DNA of 64,000 nt. It comes from Chrysomallon squamiferum (lineage: Eukaryota; Animalia; Mollusca). Below the pieces are notes generated by a model. That model searched no databases. It worked only from the letters and a program-made list of their open reading frames with translations, and was not told the DNA's origin. Positions 29,498-54,510 of the stretch are shown here, piece by piece (the first letter of the stretch is position 1; every line of letters begins with the position of its first letter). The position numbers were made by a program, and so were the translations under genes. Where the stretch lies: the NCBI GenBank assembly GCA_012295275.1, contig CM022671.1, forward strand, positions 20,832,001 to 20,896,000, read 5' to 3'.

Positions 29498-32400
29498 TTT
29501 TTATAATTTAACTATTTCTGTGCACAACATATTTATTAAAATACAGTCCTCTATTCTTACTCATTACCATTCTTTTTCTCAGTCTCTCGATTCCTTCTGG
29601 GGTTTAGGTTTTTGCTCATTGCTGACACACTACGAAAAATCCTGATTTGCACCTGTCACTTCAGTCCACATTAAAGAAGATAATGTAATCGGCTTTATAA
29701 AAGAACAGAGCCAAAATGTCGTGACAGTACAGACGTAGATTTTTTTATATCCTTACACTTAACGGTAAAATTCCATCCAACTGCTTTAGAACAGATGGAT
29801 GTTTTTAGTGTATATTTTTACAAATAATAAAAATGACATATGTTTGTAGGTATTAAAAGTATATGCATATTTGTATCTGTGTCTTTGATCGTATGTCCTT
29901 TTGTATGTTTTTCTAGAAAGGTGAAAAAAATATGTAATTATTTTTAATCTGTTATATTGTCGATAATTTTATTATTATGTCTTGGAACATATGCATTACT
30001 TGTATGTATACGGTATTGATTGTATGGGTGTGTCTGTACATATCTAAATTTATTTGTTTTTATATGAATCATGCATTTTTATATTTATATATTAACATGT
30101 ACATGTAAAGTGAAGAGTAATGATAAATGAATTTCTAAATAAAGAAATACGATTAAAAATACTATTGATATATATATCTTTTAAGTTTAAAAGAACACTT
30201 AAAAAATAAACCCCAAAAGCCTCAGAGACGAGATAGATACATGGTTTCGTACTTCGAACAATGATATCTAAGCATTTATTCAATCATTTACTTTTGATAT
30301 TAAAGCAAGGTACATACCCTTCCCATTAACAATTCTGTTTTATAAAATCCGGTGAACATTACGACCGGTTTTCTGAGTACAGAAACATTGCTGTCTATCG
30401 ACATTTGCCCAGTCTCAGAAAGCGATGAACATGCAACTTCGATAACAGATAAATGATCGTTTAATGTCTGTTTTTCATCCATGATGAAAAACAAATTTTT
30501 GGTCAATACATTTTTCAGTTTCAGTTCAATAAACTCTGTTAGCTGTCGCTGAAATCATGACGGTTGTAACAAATAAAATAAATAGCGGTAATTAACATGT
30601 TCCTGTGGACAACAAGAGCAAGCTTAAGAGGAAAAAATAATTTGCCGATCTGAATAGAAGTCCTATTTCAGTCTCCATAGTGGTAAAAGTAAGACTTACT
30701 GTTTGTGAACGAATAAGATGATGGTTATTCTAGTGAGATTATTTCAGATCCATACTTTACTCATTTCCTAAAACAACTGTATTAGTGGAGTGATAAATAA
30801 TATAAAAGTATTTCTCTCGTTGTTGGCTTGGATTAATTAAAGCTACGCTTCCTTTTAGTGCCTGCTTTTGTACTGACTTTCTAAACTGCATATGTTAGAA
30901 CATGTTGATGTACGATTATACATTCAGCAAATTATTTGTTTAGAATACTAATAAAAGTACACTGGATTTAAGCACAGTTATATATTCTCTATATTATTTT
31001 CTGTCGCATGTTCCAAAATTTCGGTAAGACTCTTTTTCTTATATATATATATATATATTCTAAATATTATTATTGTTATTATTAATTTAAATATACGAAC
31101 ACGGTTTCAATGGTATAAATATATGGCACAATCATTCATTCTCTACATTATTTTGTTTTGAATATTACAGATTCCATAAGATTCATCAGTTAAATATTTT
31201 CTAAAATATTATGTGTAGCATACTACCAAATTTGAGCAATGAATCCTATAAATATTTCTAAAGCCGGGCTAAACTGTCGACGTCACATACTATGTAACGA
31301 TTAAGAAGTCCATCGAACGAGACTTTTGAATACAACAGGAATGGAACGGGCCGTTGTGACCGAATTTTTCAAGTTTGATGTGGAAAAAGGAGATGTAAAG
31401 GAAAAAAATGAAGAAAGTCCTAATTCATTTTCTTCATATTGATCTTCCAGTAATGTATTGAAATAATCTGTCATTCCATGTGTTTGAAATTTTCTGCAGT
31501 ATGTAAGGATATAATGAAGGTAGTTTTAGTGGCACTTTATAATTTTCATCATTTATTTATTTATTTATTTATTTATTATTGTTGTGGTGGGTTAGTTTCT
31601 TTTGTCATTGACATTGTTGCTAATTTCTCTGCATTAATGATTATAACTATAGTTTTTTTCTGTGATTCTTGTTATTGTATACGACGTCATTTGCAACATT
31701 ACTAAGCTGATAAGAGTTTGTTTTATTTATTTATTTATGTATTTTTTCGTTCTTAAAGACTTTCGCAAGTGCTTTACACTAAAGAGTATATCGAGGAACA
31801 CTTTTTCTTCTTATCTTTATATAAAAATAACGATTGGCTTTCAATTACCCTTAATTATAGAATATGTTTACATGTTACTGAATAAATATCACAAGAGGGA
31901 AACGAAAATGAACATTTTCAATAGATTCTAAATAAAAAGGGTTTGTATCTAAGACAGTTGATATATTTATTACTTGAAGCAAAATCGTTAAGCTTTTACA
32001 AACAACCTTTTAACCCAAACAGATAAAAGCACTGAATATATTCCATACTCTTTTCTTCTCAAAGAATTTCATGACGTCATAAAAGACTTTAAAAGAGCTA
32101 GTTGAGAAAAACATCTTTGCATTTCCCGGGGAAATTGTCAATTGCCCACTCGGGCCTAATATGAAAAGATCGGGGAAAATTGGATTGGTAAAAAGCAAAT
32201 ATTCGGTGCGGGACTAGCGGCAAAGACAAATGCTATGGAAACAAGGTTGGGGAAGTCTCGAAACGCCATGTTAGTTTGATAAGCATCGTAGCGGGCTGTT
32301 AGGAAATGAAATATGCTGAAGCGAATTGTCGTCATCAGTTCCATCTAATGCAATTTAATGAAATTTACACACTGCAAAAGATGTTCACGCTATTGATTCG

Positions 32401-35400
32401 CATGGAATGGGGATCACTTATGACAGTCGTGGGAGAAATGAAATTAAAAACTTGTCAAGCTAATAGAACGGAATGGCCGTGTAGAAATAACCAAAGTAAA
32501 CCTGTTGGAATATATGTGGACATAAAGTAACCAAAGGATTCACATCAAACTGCCTTTTGTCGATTCCACGGAACCATTATTTCATTCTTGTTTTTATAGC
32601 TTTCAGACATGAATCATTATTTTAGTGCTGTTGGCTTTTCAGTTGCACAAAGATAATGTTTCTGCATAGTAATAAAAACGAAAGTTAAAAAAGTATTTAA
32701 CACTGGCTCATCAATATGTTATATTTGTTTTCGATTGTGGCTTTTAACATGACGTATGTTACTCTCTTTATATAAAGAAAACAAATTATCACAAAGAGTT
32801 GCACACTCTTTTACTATTTTGATAGATTCCACTGCCATTGAAAACTAAAATAACAAGAAAATAATATTGAAAATACCTGCAATTATTCTTTATTCTGAAA
32901 ATATAAAATTTCGAAAAAGCAAACATACACATAAAATTAATTTCTATTTTATAGAGATTAATACACTTGTTCTTTTTCCCTCTCTTGAAAATCATGAAAT
33001 AAAATAATGTAAAATGAACTAACTTGTAGGTATATGTATGTCTAGTATCAGACGGTAACATGACATTCAGAAATGTCAATTAGTGTGTGTTAAGAAATAC
33101 GCTTCTCATGATTTGATAAAAACAGACAGACAGCTGATCGAAACCCTTTACCACATATGGAAACCTGTTGTAATTAAATCCAATCAGCAATTGATTTTAT
33201 TTTTTGCTGTTACTAATATTAATTAATCCAATGAGTGATCGACTTCTGTTTGCTGCGGTACTAACGTGACTGATGTTTAATCAATGTGTCGGCTGAAGTT
33301 TATTCAGCACAACACAATAATTGAACAAATTGGTTGACAGTATCGGCATTGCATACCGTAAATGAAAGTGGCATTATTAAGCAAATGTTCATCAAACCAG
33401 CTGAATTGAAATACCGTGTATGAATTCAAAGCCATCTGTTAATTGCATGGTAACAATAATATTTCGTCAAAATATAAAAGAAACTACTTAATGTCAACTG
33501 TAGCGGGCGGCAGTTATTTTATTGTTCTGTGTGTTTAGCAATTTACAAAAGAAGCCATTTATTTCTGTCGTAGATTATTTTTTGTATGTTGTATTGAGAA
33601 AGTCTTGAATGAACCATAATGTGTGTAAACTAAATTATGTGCGTTTGTCACTCACAGAGGGCTAAAATTATACGTTTATTGTTTTGTTTCTGATGAATAA
33701 TTTTTATTTCTTTTCTTCTCTGTATTATTGTTTTTGTAATTTATATAATTTGTGACCTTAGAAAGGTATTCAGTGGAAATACTGTATTTCGAACGAGCAC
33801 TAAAAATGAAACGCACTTAAAATTTTTCAGTTTTTCGATTTAGATGTAAAAAGCATCATGAATACCTTATCGAACGGCTCCAGTAGAAAAATGTGTATTA
33901 TATAACGAGGGATTTTTCTGAATTAATCCAATGAAGAATTTACTGAGGTTTGCTAGGAATTTTCAACGATTACCGATTAGCGATGTCTTTACAAGCACCT
34001 AAAATGGGGTTTATGGAATGTTAATAATTATTCCCTTATTTGATTCGATATGCAGGATCATACTTTATTTTATTCATAACAACTAACAACAGTAACAACA
34101 ACATTAACAACAACAACAGCAACAAAGACGACAATAATAAAATAATAGAAACAACAACAACAACGTTGGTCATAGTAAAGGAAGGAATTAAACCAAACTT
34201 TCATTTATTTTGATTTTGAGTAACAATAAAAATCTTCGTCAATCTTAAACCTTTCTAAAAATACTGAAATATAATGTAATAAATTTCTTCCTTTCGATAT
34301 TTACGACTTCGCTCCAAATTTACTTGTACAAAAAATTCTAACTTCCAGGGCGTAAAATCCAATAAATTATAAAAAAACACGAACAACTTTGATTTTACCT
34401 AAGTAACGACGGATGGTAATATTTGTCGACACTAATGTACCACCAAATTATTACCCTGCATTCTAAGTCCACACATTATTTTATTTTTTCTGCAAGACGC
34501 CATGCATATATTGACTACTGACACTAGCAACTCTGATTTATGGCTCTAGTCGATTAATAACAACATCTGCACGATATGGACATGACAATTTATCAGCGGA
34601 CAAGGGGGAAAAAAAAGAGGGGAAGAGCGAGATGCTTATTATTTCTTCCTTCAATGTGTGTTTGATCAATCACACCTCTGCGACCGAGACAAAGATATTT
34701 GTCACTGATTTTTATCGAACGCGTCAAGACACGTTTAACCACTTCTGTTTCGCAACCAGCGCCAGCGTTGAAGAGAGGTTTGATTTATCGCCCTGGCATT
34801 CATCATAGTAATAGAAGAGAACTTATTGCGACAGGGGCTAATACGGCTTGGGACATTTCGACAGTGTCTCAACCCTGAACTGATTACAAGACGGAAATTG
34901 AAAAGGAGAAATGGCCACTTTACAAGAATTGATATGTCTAAGCTTTAATAGTAAAAGTCGTAATGTAGTTTCGGAGCATTTGGTCTTATTTTCTGGATTT
35001 CGATGACGGAATGTTATATATATCCAATTACCACTGACACGAAGAAATTCATGTCAGCATCATGGACTGTTTGTTTCTGTGTAATTTTACGAAAGATTCT
35101 CTACTGCGTCTCCCTTTCTGTTATTATTTCTAATTGTGTTGTTGTTTACTGCTGCCTTTGTTGTTATTTTTACTATTATTATTATTATTACTACTGCTGC
35201 TACTGATACAACCACTAGAAGTAGTAGTAGTGGTAGTAGTAGTAGTGGTATAAAAGTAGTGGTAGTAGCAATAGTAGTAACACTGATAATAGTAATAACA
35301 GGAATTGTAGTAGACGTAGTACTAATAGTAATAGTAGTAGTAGTAGTAATAGTAGTTATGTTCAGGTTGTTGTTGTTGTAACATATGTAGAACTATTTTA

Positions 35401-35478
35401 AAAGTTCATGAAGTGTGGGGGCTTTTTGCTCGTTGATATTCTGGAAATTTTAATTTCTTTATTATATTTACATAATTC

Positions 35479-35517
<39 letters not shown>

Positions 35518-36394
35518 TTCGAAGTTCCTACTTTTAATAATGATACATAAGATTCAAAGACCAATCATTAAAACTGTTCAACTTTTAAAATTTGTTTTCC
35601 GAACATCTTGTTTTATGCAAACTGAAATTACATGTATATAATGAAATTTAAATAAAGTGCATGAAATATAACATGAAATAAAAGTAAAATCATCTTACCA
35701 ACAAGCTATTATTAAGAAATATTGTTTTATAAACAGGAATTACTCAGTCAATGTCAGTAAAGTCTGACGTAGATGACGTGTATGATGCTGATATGATCAT
35801 CTTCGTCTAATCATTCAGAGCCAGAACGTGACGATATGGTGCGAAGCATTATTTCGTAGACTATCGATCACAAAATGCAATTCAGTCGGTGATCAATACA
35901 ATTAACACTTAACCTGATTTAGTCTAAATTGGGTGGTACTAATCTCTGAACAGAAAAAAAAAGTACACAACAGATGCTGGACTCAGACGAACGGAGACTT
36001 CTCTCTTGACCTTTCACTGAAGACCAACTTCTCACTTTAATCAATGAGCTGTAACAGAATTTGTCAAATAACAAAATCAGATTCAATAGCGTTTCGGATC
36101 ACGGGCCCATCGTCCTGCGTTTTTCAATCAAAAATATCATCAGTTTGGGTTTCGTTTACGACACCACGTGATCTCTTTTTCATTTACTGGTCATTTACAC
36201 GACAGCACGTTAAACAGAGCTGGAGGGCTCTCTTGATGGTTTAATATCAGAAAGGTTTGTTCGTGTCTTCTAGCGGGAGGCAATTATCTTATTGTATTAT
36301 GAGCTTAGGGGTTTTACAAAACAGTAACTTTGTACACGTCATTAGTTCACGATTGACAAAGGATACGTGAGATCTCTTAAGACGGAAAATATTA

Positions 36395-36590
36395 TGTTGT
36401 CATGACATCAATAAGAACTGATGTTAGCGACAAGGTTACATGTAACAGTCTCACAGCATGTCATGACACCACTGAAAATTGATGTTAGTGGGAAGGTTAT
36501 TATTTGTAATAGTTTCACAACAGCATTGTACTGTCATGATATCAATAAGAAGCGATCCTAGTTTAAAAGATACACATAACAGTGACACGA
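36395..36590. repeat. Degenerate ~62-72-bp tandem repeat, about 3 copies
   Basis: TGTCATGA(C/T)A..AATAAGAA..GATGTTAG..AAGGTTA..TGTAACAGT..CACA recurs. Confidence 0.65.
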
Positions 36591-37291
36591 AAATCAACGT
36601 TGTATCTACTGTTAAATATAGCAGTTTGCATTATTTTCAAATGTCGTCATCTTGCGTTTCATTTCGGAAACGTAACACATTGTCAGTAAGCACTTATGTA
36701 GTTAAGTCTAGCCCGCCCTGCTCAACATATACGGATAACAAGATTGTATTTTACACCCTAAAGGATTTTACTCGTTGCTACTACTATTACCACCACTATT
36801 ACTACAATTACTACTGCAAATACTACTACTACTACTACTACCACCAACACTGCTATTAGTCCATTATTAATACGTGTTGGTTATTCAGTGTACATATTAA
36901 TGAACTATCACTTTTGATTCATTATATTAACCTCTGGTGTTTCCTTACCGAAACAAATAACTTGGTGCTATTCGGAAGCAATAATGGTATATGAAACAAA
37001 AATATTTGTTCATCTTTATCTCTGTCGAGGATCTTTATTTTCAAAAATCTGTTATTTCCAACAAAAGTATAATACTAAATCTAGGTCTGTGTATCACATC
37101 ATAACCACGAAATTCTCAACTATCAGTAAAAATGCCATCAAATAAAATGACTTTTTCATGTCAGTGATTCTTATCTGCTGCATTATTATTCTTAATTCCT
37201 GATGTTTTGTTCAGTATTTATCGCTGTAAATTCTAAAGCAAACATAAATTCATGATATCATCAATTTATTTATTTATTTTGTTTCTTTCAG

Positions 37292-46745
<9,454 letters not shown>

Positions 46746-46760
46746 ATCGTGACGTTTTTT

Positions 46761-47310
46761 ATATGGGAAAGGGAGGGAATGTGAACTGTATCATTCATTT
46801 AACGGAGGGTGAGGGAATGTAAATTTTCAATTATGGGAAAAGGAGGGAATGTTAACTGTGTCATTCATGTAAAAGAAGGTCAGGGAATCTGAATCTTCAG
46901 TTATGGGAAAGGGAGGGAATGTGAACTATATCATTCATTTAACAGAAAAAAAGCGGGAATGTAAATTTTCAGTTAATGGAAAGGGTAGACATGTGAATGG
47001 GAAAAGGTGGGAGTGTTAATTGTTTAATTCATTTAGGTGATAGGGTGGAAATATATATTGTACTATTCTATTATGAGAAAGAATGGGAGTGAGAACTGTT
47101 TTATTCATTTGAGAGAAAGGGTGGGAATATATATTGTAGTATTCCATTATGAGAAAGAATGGGATTGACAATTGTTTGATTCATTTAAGAGAAAGGGTGG
47201 GAATATCATCTGTATTATTCATTTGAGGAAAATGTTGGATACGTGAAGTACATTTTAATCATTTAATGGAAAGAGTGGAAATGTGAGTTTACAAATTCAT
47301 ATAGGAAACA
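46761..47310 (+). repeat. G-rich 70-bp higher-order minisatellite in the proximal 3' UTR, decaying downstream
   Basis: TATGGGAAA(G/A)GGAGGGAATGT(G/T)AACT..TCATTCAT units start at 46761, 46831 and 46901 (period 70); degenerate ~35-40-bp subunits continue to about 47300. Confidence 0.85.
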
Positions 47311-48264
47311 ATATTTTGTACGCAGTGAAATACTGACACAAATGTCAGCGAGTGAAAATAAAATGCAAGGAAAGGATATTGCACTAGTGCTTGTTAATAA
47401 ATGTATTTTGAATGGGAAAGGGTGAGAAAGTGAATTATAAATTTCCTTTAAGAAATGTAATTTTATATGTAATAAAATACAGATATTTATGCATAGTCGT
47501 TTGTTGAAGGATTTGCAGTGGAAATAACTTCTGAAGATGCTTCATGGATCAAAAATGATATGTTTTATATGGGAAACGGTGGGAAAATTAATTATATTAT
47601 TCATTCCATGAATATGTATGGTAATATATATTGGCTAACCTGAGGTTTTCTATATGAAGAATGGTGAAAAACTGAACTATAATATTCAGTTAACAGAAGC
47701 TATTTTGTATTTCAATTATTATAATTAACCGGGTCATCAGTTTAGGAATTATTATGTAAGCAAATGTTATTTTACAAATGGGGAATGGTATGGAAATAAG
47801 AATTAAAATAAGAAAACCTGTTTTCTTAGTAATGAAATATTGGTATAAACGACAATGTTATCGTTCGAAAAGCGAATCAGAATGAAACTGTCATCTAGGC
47901 TGACTATTGAATTTCTACGATAGCATGGCAATTTATATTTCAAGCCAAAGAATTTTAGTATTTAATGACATTATGAATATAAATCAAAGAATAAGGAGTC
48001 GCTATTTAAACGTAGGAAGGCGAGACTTTAAAATAAACATCTAAAAGGTAAGATTTCTAAATATAATAAATTATTTTAATAAAGAAAACCACGTTTATAA
48101 CAGTTCAATGTATGACTTTGGAAGGATTCTGAAATTTTAATTAATGTGACTGATTGATCGCCAACATTCGTTAGCAAACATTCCATAGCAGAAGTAACAA
48201 AAAATGCTGTAACATATTACTGTATGTGTTTTAAAAAATATAGCTGTTACAATATTCATTGCTA

Positions 48265-48301
<37 letters not shown>

Positions 48302-48424
48302 TACTACTATTATTATTGTTATTGTTATTACTACTATTACTATTATTCAAAAATACAGAAATACTTGTAAAACAGAAATGCTCACTGAGAAATACAGAAA
48401 TGGAGGAGAAAGAGATAACGATAG

Positions 48425-48555
<131 letters not shown>

Positions 48556-48660
48556 GGCGATGTTATATTACTATTATCTTACTCCGTGTTTATATGCAGT
48601 GAGGAGTTCGGTCAAATGCTTCATTTAAAATTTTAATATGTTGTTCAGTGATATTAATTA

Positions 48661-48730
48661 AATAAACGTATGTATCATTATACAAAGAAAGAAAATAAAT
48701 GTGTTGATTCCAAAATCTGTGTCAGTGTTG
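48661..48730 (+). promoter_or_regulatory. Candidate polyadenylation region of the mGluR transcript
   Basis: AATAAA at 48661 and 48694 followed by TG-rich sequence; other AATAAA hexamers (47357, 47396) are about as plausible in this AT-rich DNA. Confidence 0.25.
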
Positions 48731-49684
48731 ATATATAGTAAATCATTCTCTGCCATTTCAGCAGCCGTGTTTATAATAAGTAAATGTCATGTTCAGCTTA
48801 CCGGAATCGACGTTATTTGCTTTGTTTCACATACATTTGTAATACCACAAGCTATTTAACGTTATTAATCACTTCCAAAACTCATCCTTTATACCCAAAG
48901 ATCAATATTTTAAATGGGGATTTTGATATATTTTATTGGATTTTATCCTGAACTATCCTAATGGTTTCTTGCTATCAGTGACGTCTTTGTCACGATATCT
49001 TTTGGGATGGATTTTTAATAAACGTTTTTTGTATGACGCCAGTCTAAAACTTCTTCTTTTTTTCTAACATTAATAATTAAGCAGTGTCGATTAATATATA
49101 TGCACACAAAATCACTTATGCACATATACATACACACTATTCATACTGAACGATTCTGTTACATTCTAAGGAGTTTTATTCATAAAACTTTTTATAATTA
49201 CCAAGCGAATAATCGGTGCCTTACAGAACAACATTCAAATTCTTGAAAAGAGTGATTTATTCGCAAAAGCAACCAACATGAAAGTAATGTTTGAAATATG
49301 TCACGGGAATATGACTTGAATCGGAACCATTGCTTCATTCGCCATATCTGAGACGATACTTTTAATAATTTATAGGTTAATTCTACGGTGTGAAAACATG
49401 TTCAGTACACCCGGACCAATGGTAGGCGTATGTCGGTCACAGTAGCTCGAATGAAGTAGGATATCGATTATGAGCTGCATTACAGGTATTGAATTGCAAT
49501 AGCGGAAATACATATGATACTCTTCTATTTCCTGTGTATATTAAAATAAATGTAAACAGAACCGACTCTACGTTTCATAATTAACACTGACAAACAGAAA
49601 GTAAAAGAGGACGGAAAGAAGGCTATGAATCTGACATTCAACGCGAATGAACTGTTGAGCGATCATGTAATGACGACAGTTTTA

Positions 49685-49880
49685 AATAATACAAATAAAC
49701 TAATAATTCTGATATAACATTCTTTGTAACAGTAATAAAACTGTTGATCATTTTTATATAGGATTCTGTGTAATACAAATAAACCATAGAGATGTTCAGT
49801 AATTTTGATATAATACTCTAAGTAATACGAATAAATCTCTGAAGGTGTTTAATCATTTTGATTTAACATCATTGTAATCA
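49685..49880. repeat. Degenerate ~50-bp tandem repeat
   Basis: GTAATAC(A/G)AATAAA..(A/C)ATTTTGATATAA recurs about 4 times. Confidence 0.55.
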
Positions 49881-52800
49881 CTTTAAGTTAGGAATATAAG
49901 CTGATATTTTGCAAAGCGAAAATAAACACATACCGGAATTTCCTTTATGATTTTATCTTTCTAAATGTTTATGATATTTTAAAAATTAAATTTATAAATA
50001 ATTAGTTTTGAAATGATAAACACGTTATAGTCATGTAAACAGTACCTTTATTCAAAAAGTAAACAAAGAAAATAGAATTTTAAAAATTGCAAATGTGACT
50101 ATTTTTATTATTTAAAATATTGGATACGCTCAAATCTTTTTTTTTTTTTTTTTTTTTTTTTTTTATTAGTCCTATACCACTATCACTACCACTACCCAAC
50201 CACTATTATTCCTACTACTACTACTACTGCTGCTGCTATTGCTGCGGCTACTAATACTGCTGCTACTGCTAGTACTAATACAACTACTGCAGTAGTATTA
50301 GTATTACTATTAGTAGTAATAGTAGTAGTAGTAATACAAGCAATAGCAATAGTAATAATAATAACAGCAACAAGAACAGTGATAATACTGACAACAACAG
50401 CAAGAACAATGACTAAGATGATTACGATAATCTGACAAAAATGATGATTAAATTACAAACAGTCGTGTTGCTGTAACAATCTGGAGCATTCAAGATGTCA
50501 TTAACCTAAGCCTAGCAAAGGAAAATAAACACGCGTTAAAAGCTAATTACTCATTTCAGTTTTCAGTATCGGGTAAATAATACATTCTTTCATTAGCATT
50601 CGACTCTGATGTACCTCAGATAAGAACAAGACACATTAACAAAACAAAAATAATAATTAAAAAACTCACACCTGATAATGCACGTAAGTGTAAGTGAATT
50701 TGTTATTAAAGGTATATTGTTTCGATGGACTAATGAATTTTCAGATTTTCTATAGTCTCATGTTTCACTTCGGATAATCATAGAAGTTGAAAGATTACAA
50801 TATCTAGATAGGTGCAAGAAAAAATAAATTAAAATATGTGAAAAAACGAAATGAAATCAGTCTTGTCAAATGTTTTTGTTCTGTCATTTTTAAAAGAGGA
50901 TTTTGGAAACACTTAGATGTAAAATGATCATAAAAATGTTCTCCAGTTACGTCCTCATAAAGACAAGCAACATGTTTTAATTAATAACATGAGATTTTAC
51001 TTTTGTATGACAAAGATTAAGATACAAGTACTTGTAATATGTCCTCAACAGTCATTATAAATAAATAAATATTTAAGCAAAGAAACGAACACACATGTAA
51101 ACAATTTATAAAATGAAGTAATTTCAGCAAAACAAATATGCCAACATTAGAAACTCTTTTACATCATCATTATTTTTTAGAAGACATCTTGGAAAATGAA
51201 AAGAATTTCGTAATATCCCCTTCCATTTTATATAAATTATTGTGTCACTTATTTGAAGAAAGTCAGTTACAGATATTGTCTTTGAAAGAGTAATCTCCCT
51301 TGCAATATGCAAATAACCACTGGCTGAACATAAGAATTTTAGAGTTATCTTCCGTATATTGGAATAGTTCGCCGTGAGAAAGCTAAGCACTCGTATCAGT
51401 ACTTATAACGGTTATTGACGTGTACAAGAAATGACAGAGCAGTAATTATTCTTTATTTTAGTCCCGTTTTTTGTTTGTTTGTTGTTGTTTTTTTTACTTT
51501 ATTACACTGTAGCCATATTTCTCTTCTTTAAATTCTTTTCTTTTTTCTGTATTTTGTCTTTCTTTATAATCTTTATTTCTCTTTCATTCTTTTTTTTTTT
51601 TTTTTAAATTCAAAGGTGCCATAGCTAAGCTTTTATGCGGCGATTTATTTTATTATTGCATGATTTAGCTTTAAAAAGTGCAGAAATGATTTCTACTAGA
51701 TCTTACTGCCTAATTTTGTTTCAGTGTTAGACGTTAATTATCAAGACATAATTTTTTCTGTTCTTTTTCTTTTTCCTTTTTTTTCTTCTTTTTTCCTCTG
51801 CTTCTGTACAGTTTTTTGTTGTTGTTGTGGTTGTTGTGTCTTTTTTTATTATTAAAAGAAATACAAAATCATTTTGCATATATTAGTATTCAAAAACGAT
51901 GTCTAGTATATTTGTAAGTCGCTATTAATAAAGTCATCTTAAAGATTAGAATAATTTTATTAGCAAATAATCAAATGACCATTTACACACTAACTAAAAT
52001 GTTTTTAAAGATAATATTCTTTATTCTCTTTCATATTTTTTCTCCGCAGAAAACTTAATATCCTGTGATCTCTTGACTCACTTCATACATAAAACTAGCG
52101 TAAACTCTTCAGACGTTGCTTTATTATCATCAACATCATCATCATCATTCCTCTCTTCATCATCTTTTTCTTCTTCCTCTTCTCTCTGTCTTTCTTTCTG
52201 TATTTATTTACTATCAAAATTCAAATTATATTTGCATTCTCACTGTCTTTCTTTCTCTTTTGCCTCTCCCCCTCTCTCTATCTGTGTCCTCATACATAGA
52301 CACATACATACATAAATAAACATAATACATACATACATATATATACATTCAAACATAAACATATATATATATAGATAGATATATATACACAGAGACATAT
52401 GCATGAATACAAACATACATATATTTAGAGAAATATATAGAAATATACAAAAATATAATTTATAACTAATTCATTATTTTTAATTGATGCTTTATATAAG
52501 TGTGTGAATTTGTCATTTGTATAATAAAAAATATCATCACTAATGGCTAACAAGCAATTAGCGAGTCACAGTCACTTTACTAACAAGTAACCGGTTAATT
52601 ATTGATATATCTACTTAATTAAGGAATTAAACAGGCAATTTGTTTTGCTACGAGCCATTTGCAAACCTTGCAACCCGTGGCATTTATCTTATCACTGGAT
52701 TAACGACGTCATCAACCCTGCCACTAGACTTTTTGATTCGTCATGTACGACAATCGTAAAGTATTTTTTTTTAAATAATATATCTCTAGCCAGTTGTAGT

Positions 52801-53156
52801 CAGTCCCTAGATACCTTTTAACATTTTAATGGACTCTATAATTAAATCATGAAGTTCTCTTAAAATACTAAAGTTTATAGGTAGATGAATGAGTGTCAAA
52901 GTAAATGGTTTGTTTTCATTTGATATCAGTTTTTCTTTTTTCCCTTTTTTTTTTTTTTTTTTTTTTTTTGAAGTTTAAAATAAAAGTGAAATTTTTTAGA
53001 TTCTGTGGAACTGACACTGACTTGTGCAGAGAAAAGAACAAAAATGTAAGTCAACTGATCAAAGTGATTTTAGAAATAATTAAATGAAAAAGTTATTTAA
53101 TGACTCTACAACTTAATTTATTACTAACTGTTATTAGATGTGAAATACGTAGGTTT

Positions 53157-53258
<102 letters not shown>

Positions 53259-53971
53259 GAATCCTATTTTGCCATTCTTACGTTTATTCCTCTCGATTAA
53301 AATTAAGAATATTAAGGATTTTTTGTATATAAATCTATCAAAATCTATGAAAATACCTATTTGGCAAGGTGGTCATTAAACTATTGTCCGTGAGAATTTA
53401 ACAAAAAAAAAAAATAAATAAATAAAATAAAATATGTTAGTTAATTTTTCCTCTTACTGTCCCAAACGTTTATTATTTGAAATAACATTTCTAAACATTT
53501 TTAAATTCCTGTATTTTTCTTGATATTACGTCAATTCGTTCCTTATTAATTCTTTCAGTCAGTTCGTCATTATTCTAAGAATTAACTGTTCCTTTTTTTT
53601 CTTACCAGTTTTCTAAACTGTGTTTAGCTTAATAGTGACAAAAGAAAGAAACTTTTTTTGTTGCAAAACTCTAGTTTATACGTTTTACAGAAAACACATG
53701 TGAAATTTCGTAGACATATATCTACGACGTTAATTTTAGCTTAGCTCACTGATTCCTGGAATTGTTACATTGGCGACCACTTAATCGTGACAAATTACAT
53801 GTTAGACGAAAAGCTGGCTATTACAATCGTTCACTTTTTAGTTTATTTAAATGTTCTCACTGAATTTAACTGAATCTGTTAATATACAGGCATTATATTT
53901 AACATATATAATACATAAAATGCCTATATATGAATAGATTCAGTGAAATTCAGTGAGAACACACACACATA

Positions 53972-54009
<38 letters not shown>

Positions 54010-54053
54010 GAAATATATATTTTTAGGACCTTATTAAAAAAAAAATATCTGTG

Positions 54054-54086
<33 letters not shown>

Positions 54087-54386
54087 GCATGCATATAAGC
54101 GTATATATTTAGGTTTATCTTATTTCCTTTTGTTTATGATATATATATGTACAAACACACACACACACAACAACCACACACACACACAACAACCACACAC
54201 ACACACACACACACTCACACACAACCACACACACACTCACATACACACACACACAAACACACATATATGCATGCATTTAGGCGTATATAATTAGGTTTTA
54301 CTTCTTCTTCTTTTTTATGGAGGTCCTAAAATTATGACCTAAAAAATAACCTCATCTAAAAACCCACTCGATTAATGAAACAACCT

Positions 54387-54510
54387 TATGTATGTATGTA
54401 TGTATGTATGTATGTATGTATGTATGTATGTATGTATGTATGTATGTATGTATGTATGTATGTATGTATGTATGTATGTATGTATGTATGTATGTATATA
54501 TGTATGTATG
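54387..54510. repeat. (TATG)n microsatellite
   Basis: Direct reading. Confidence 0.98.
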
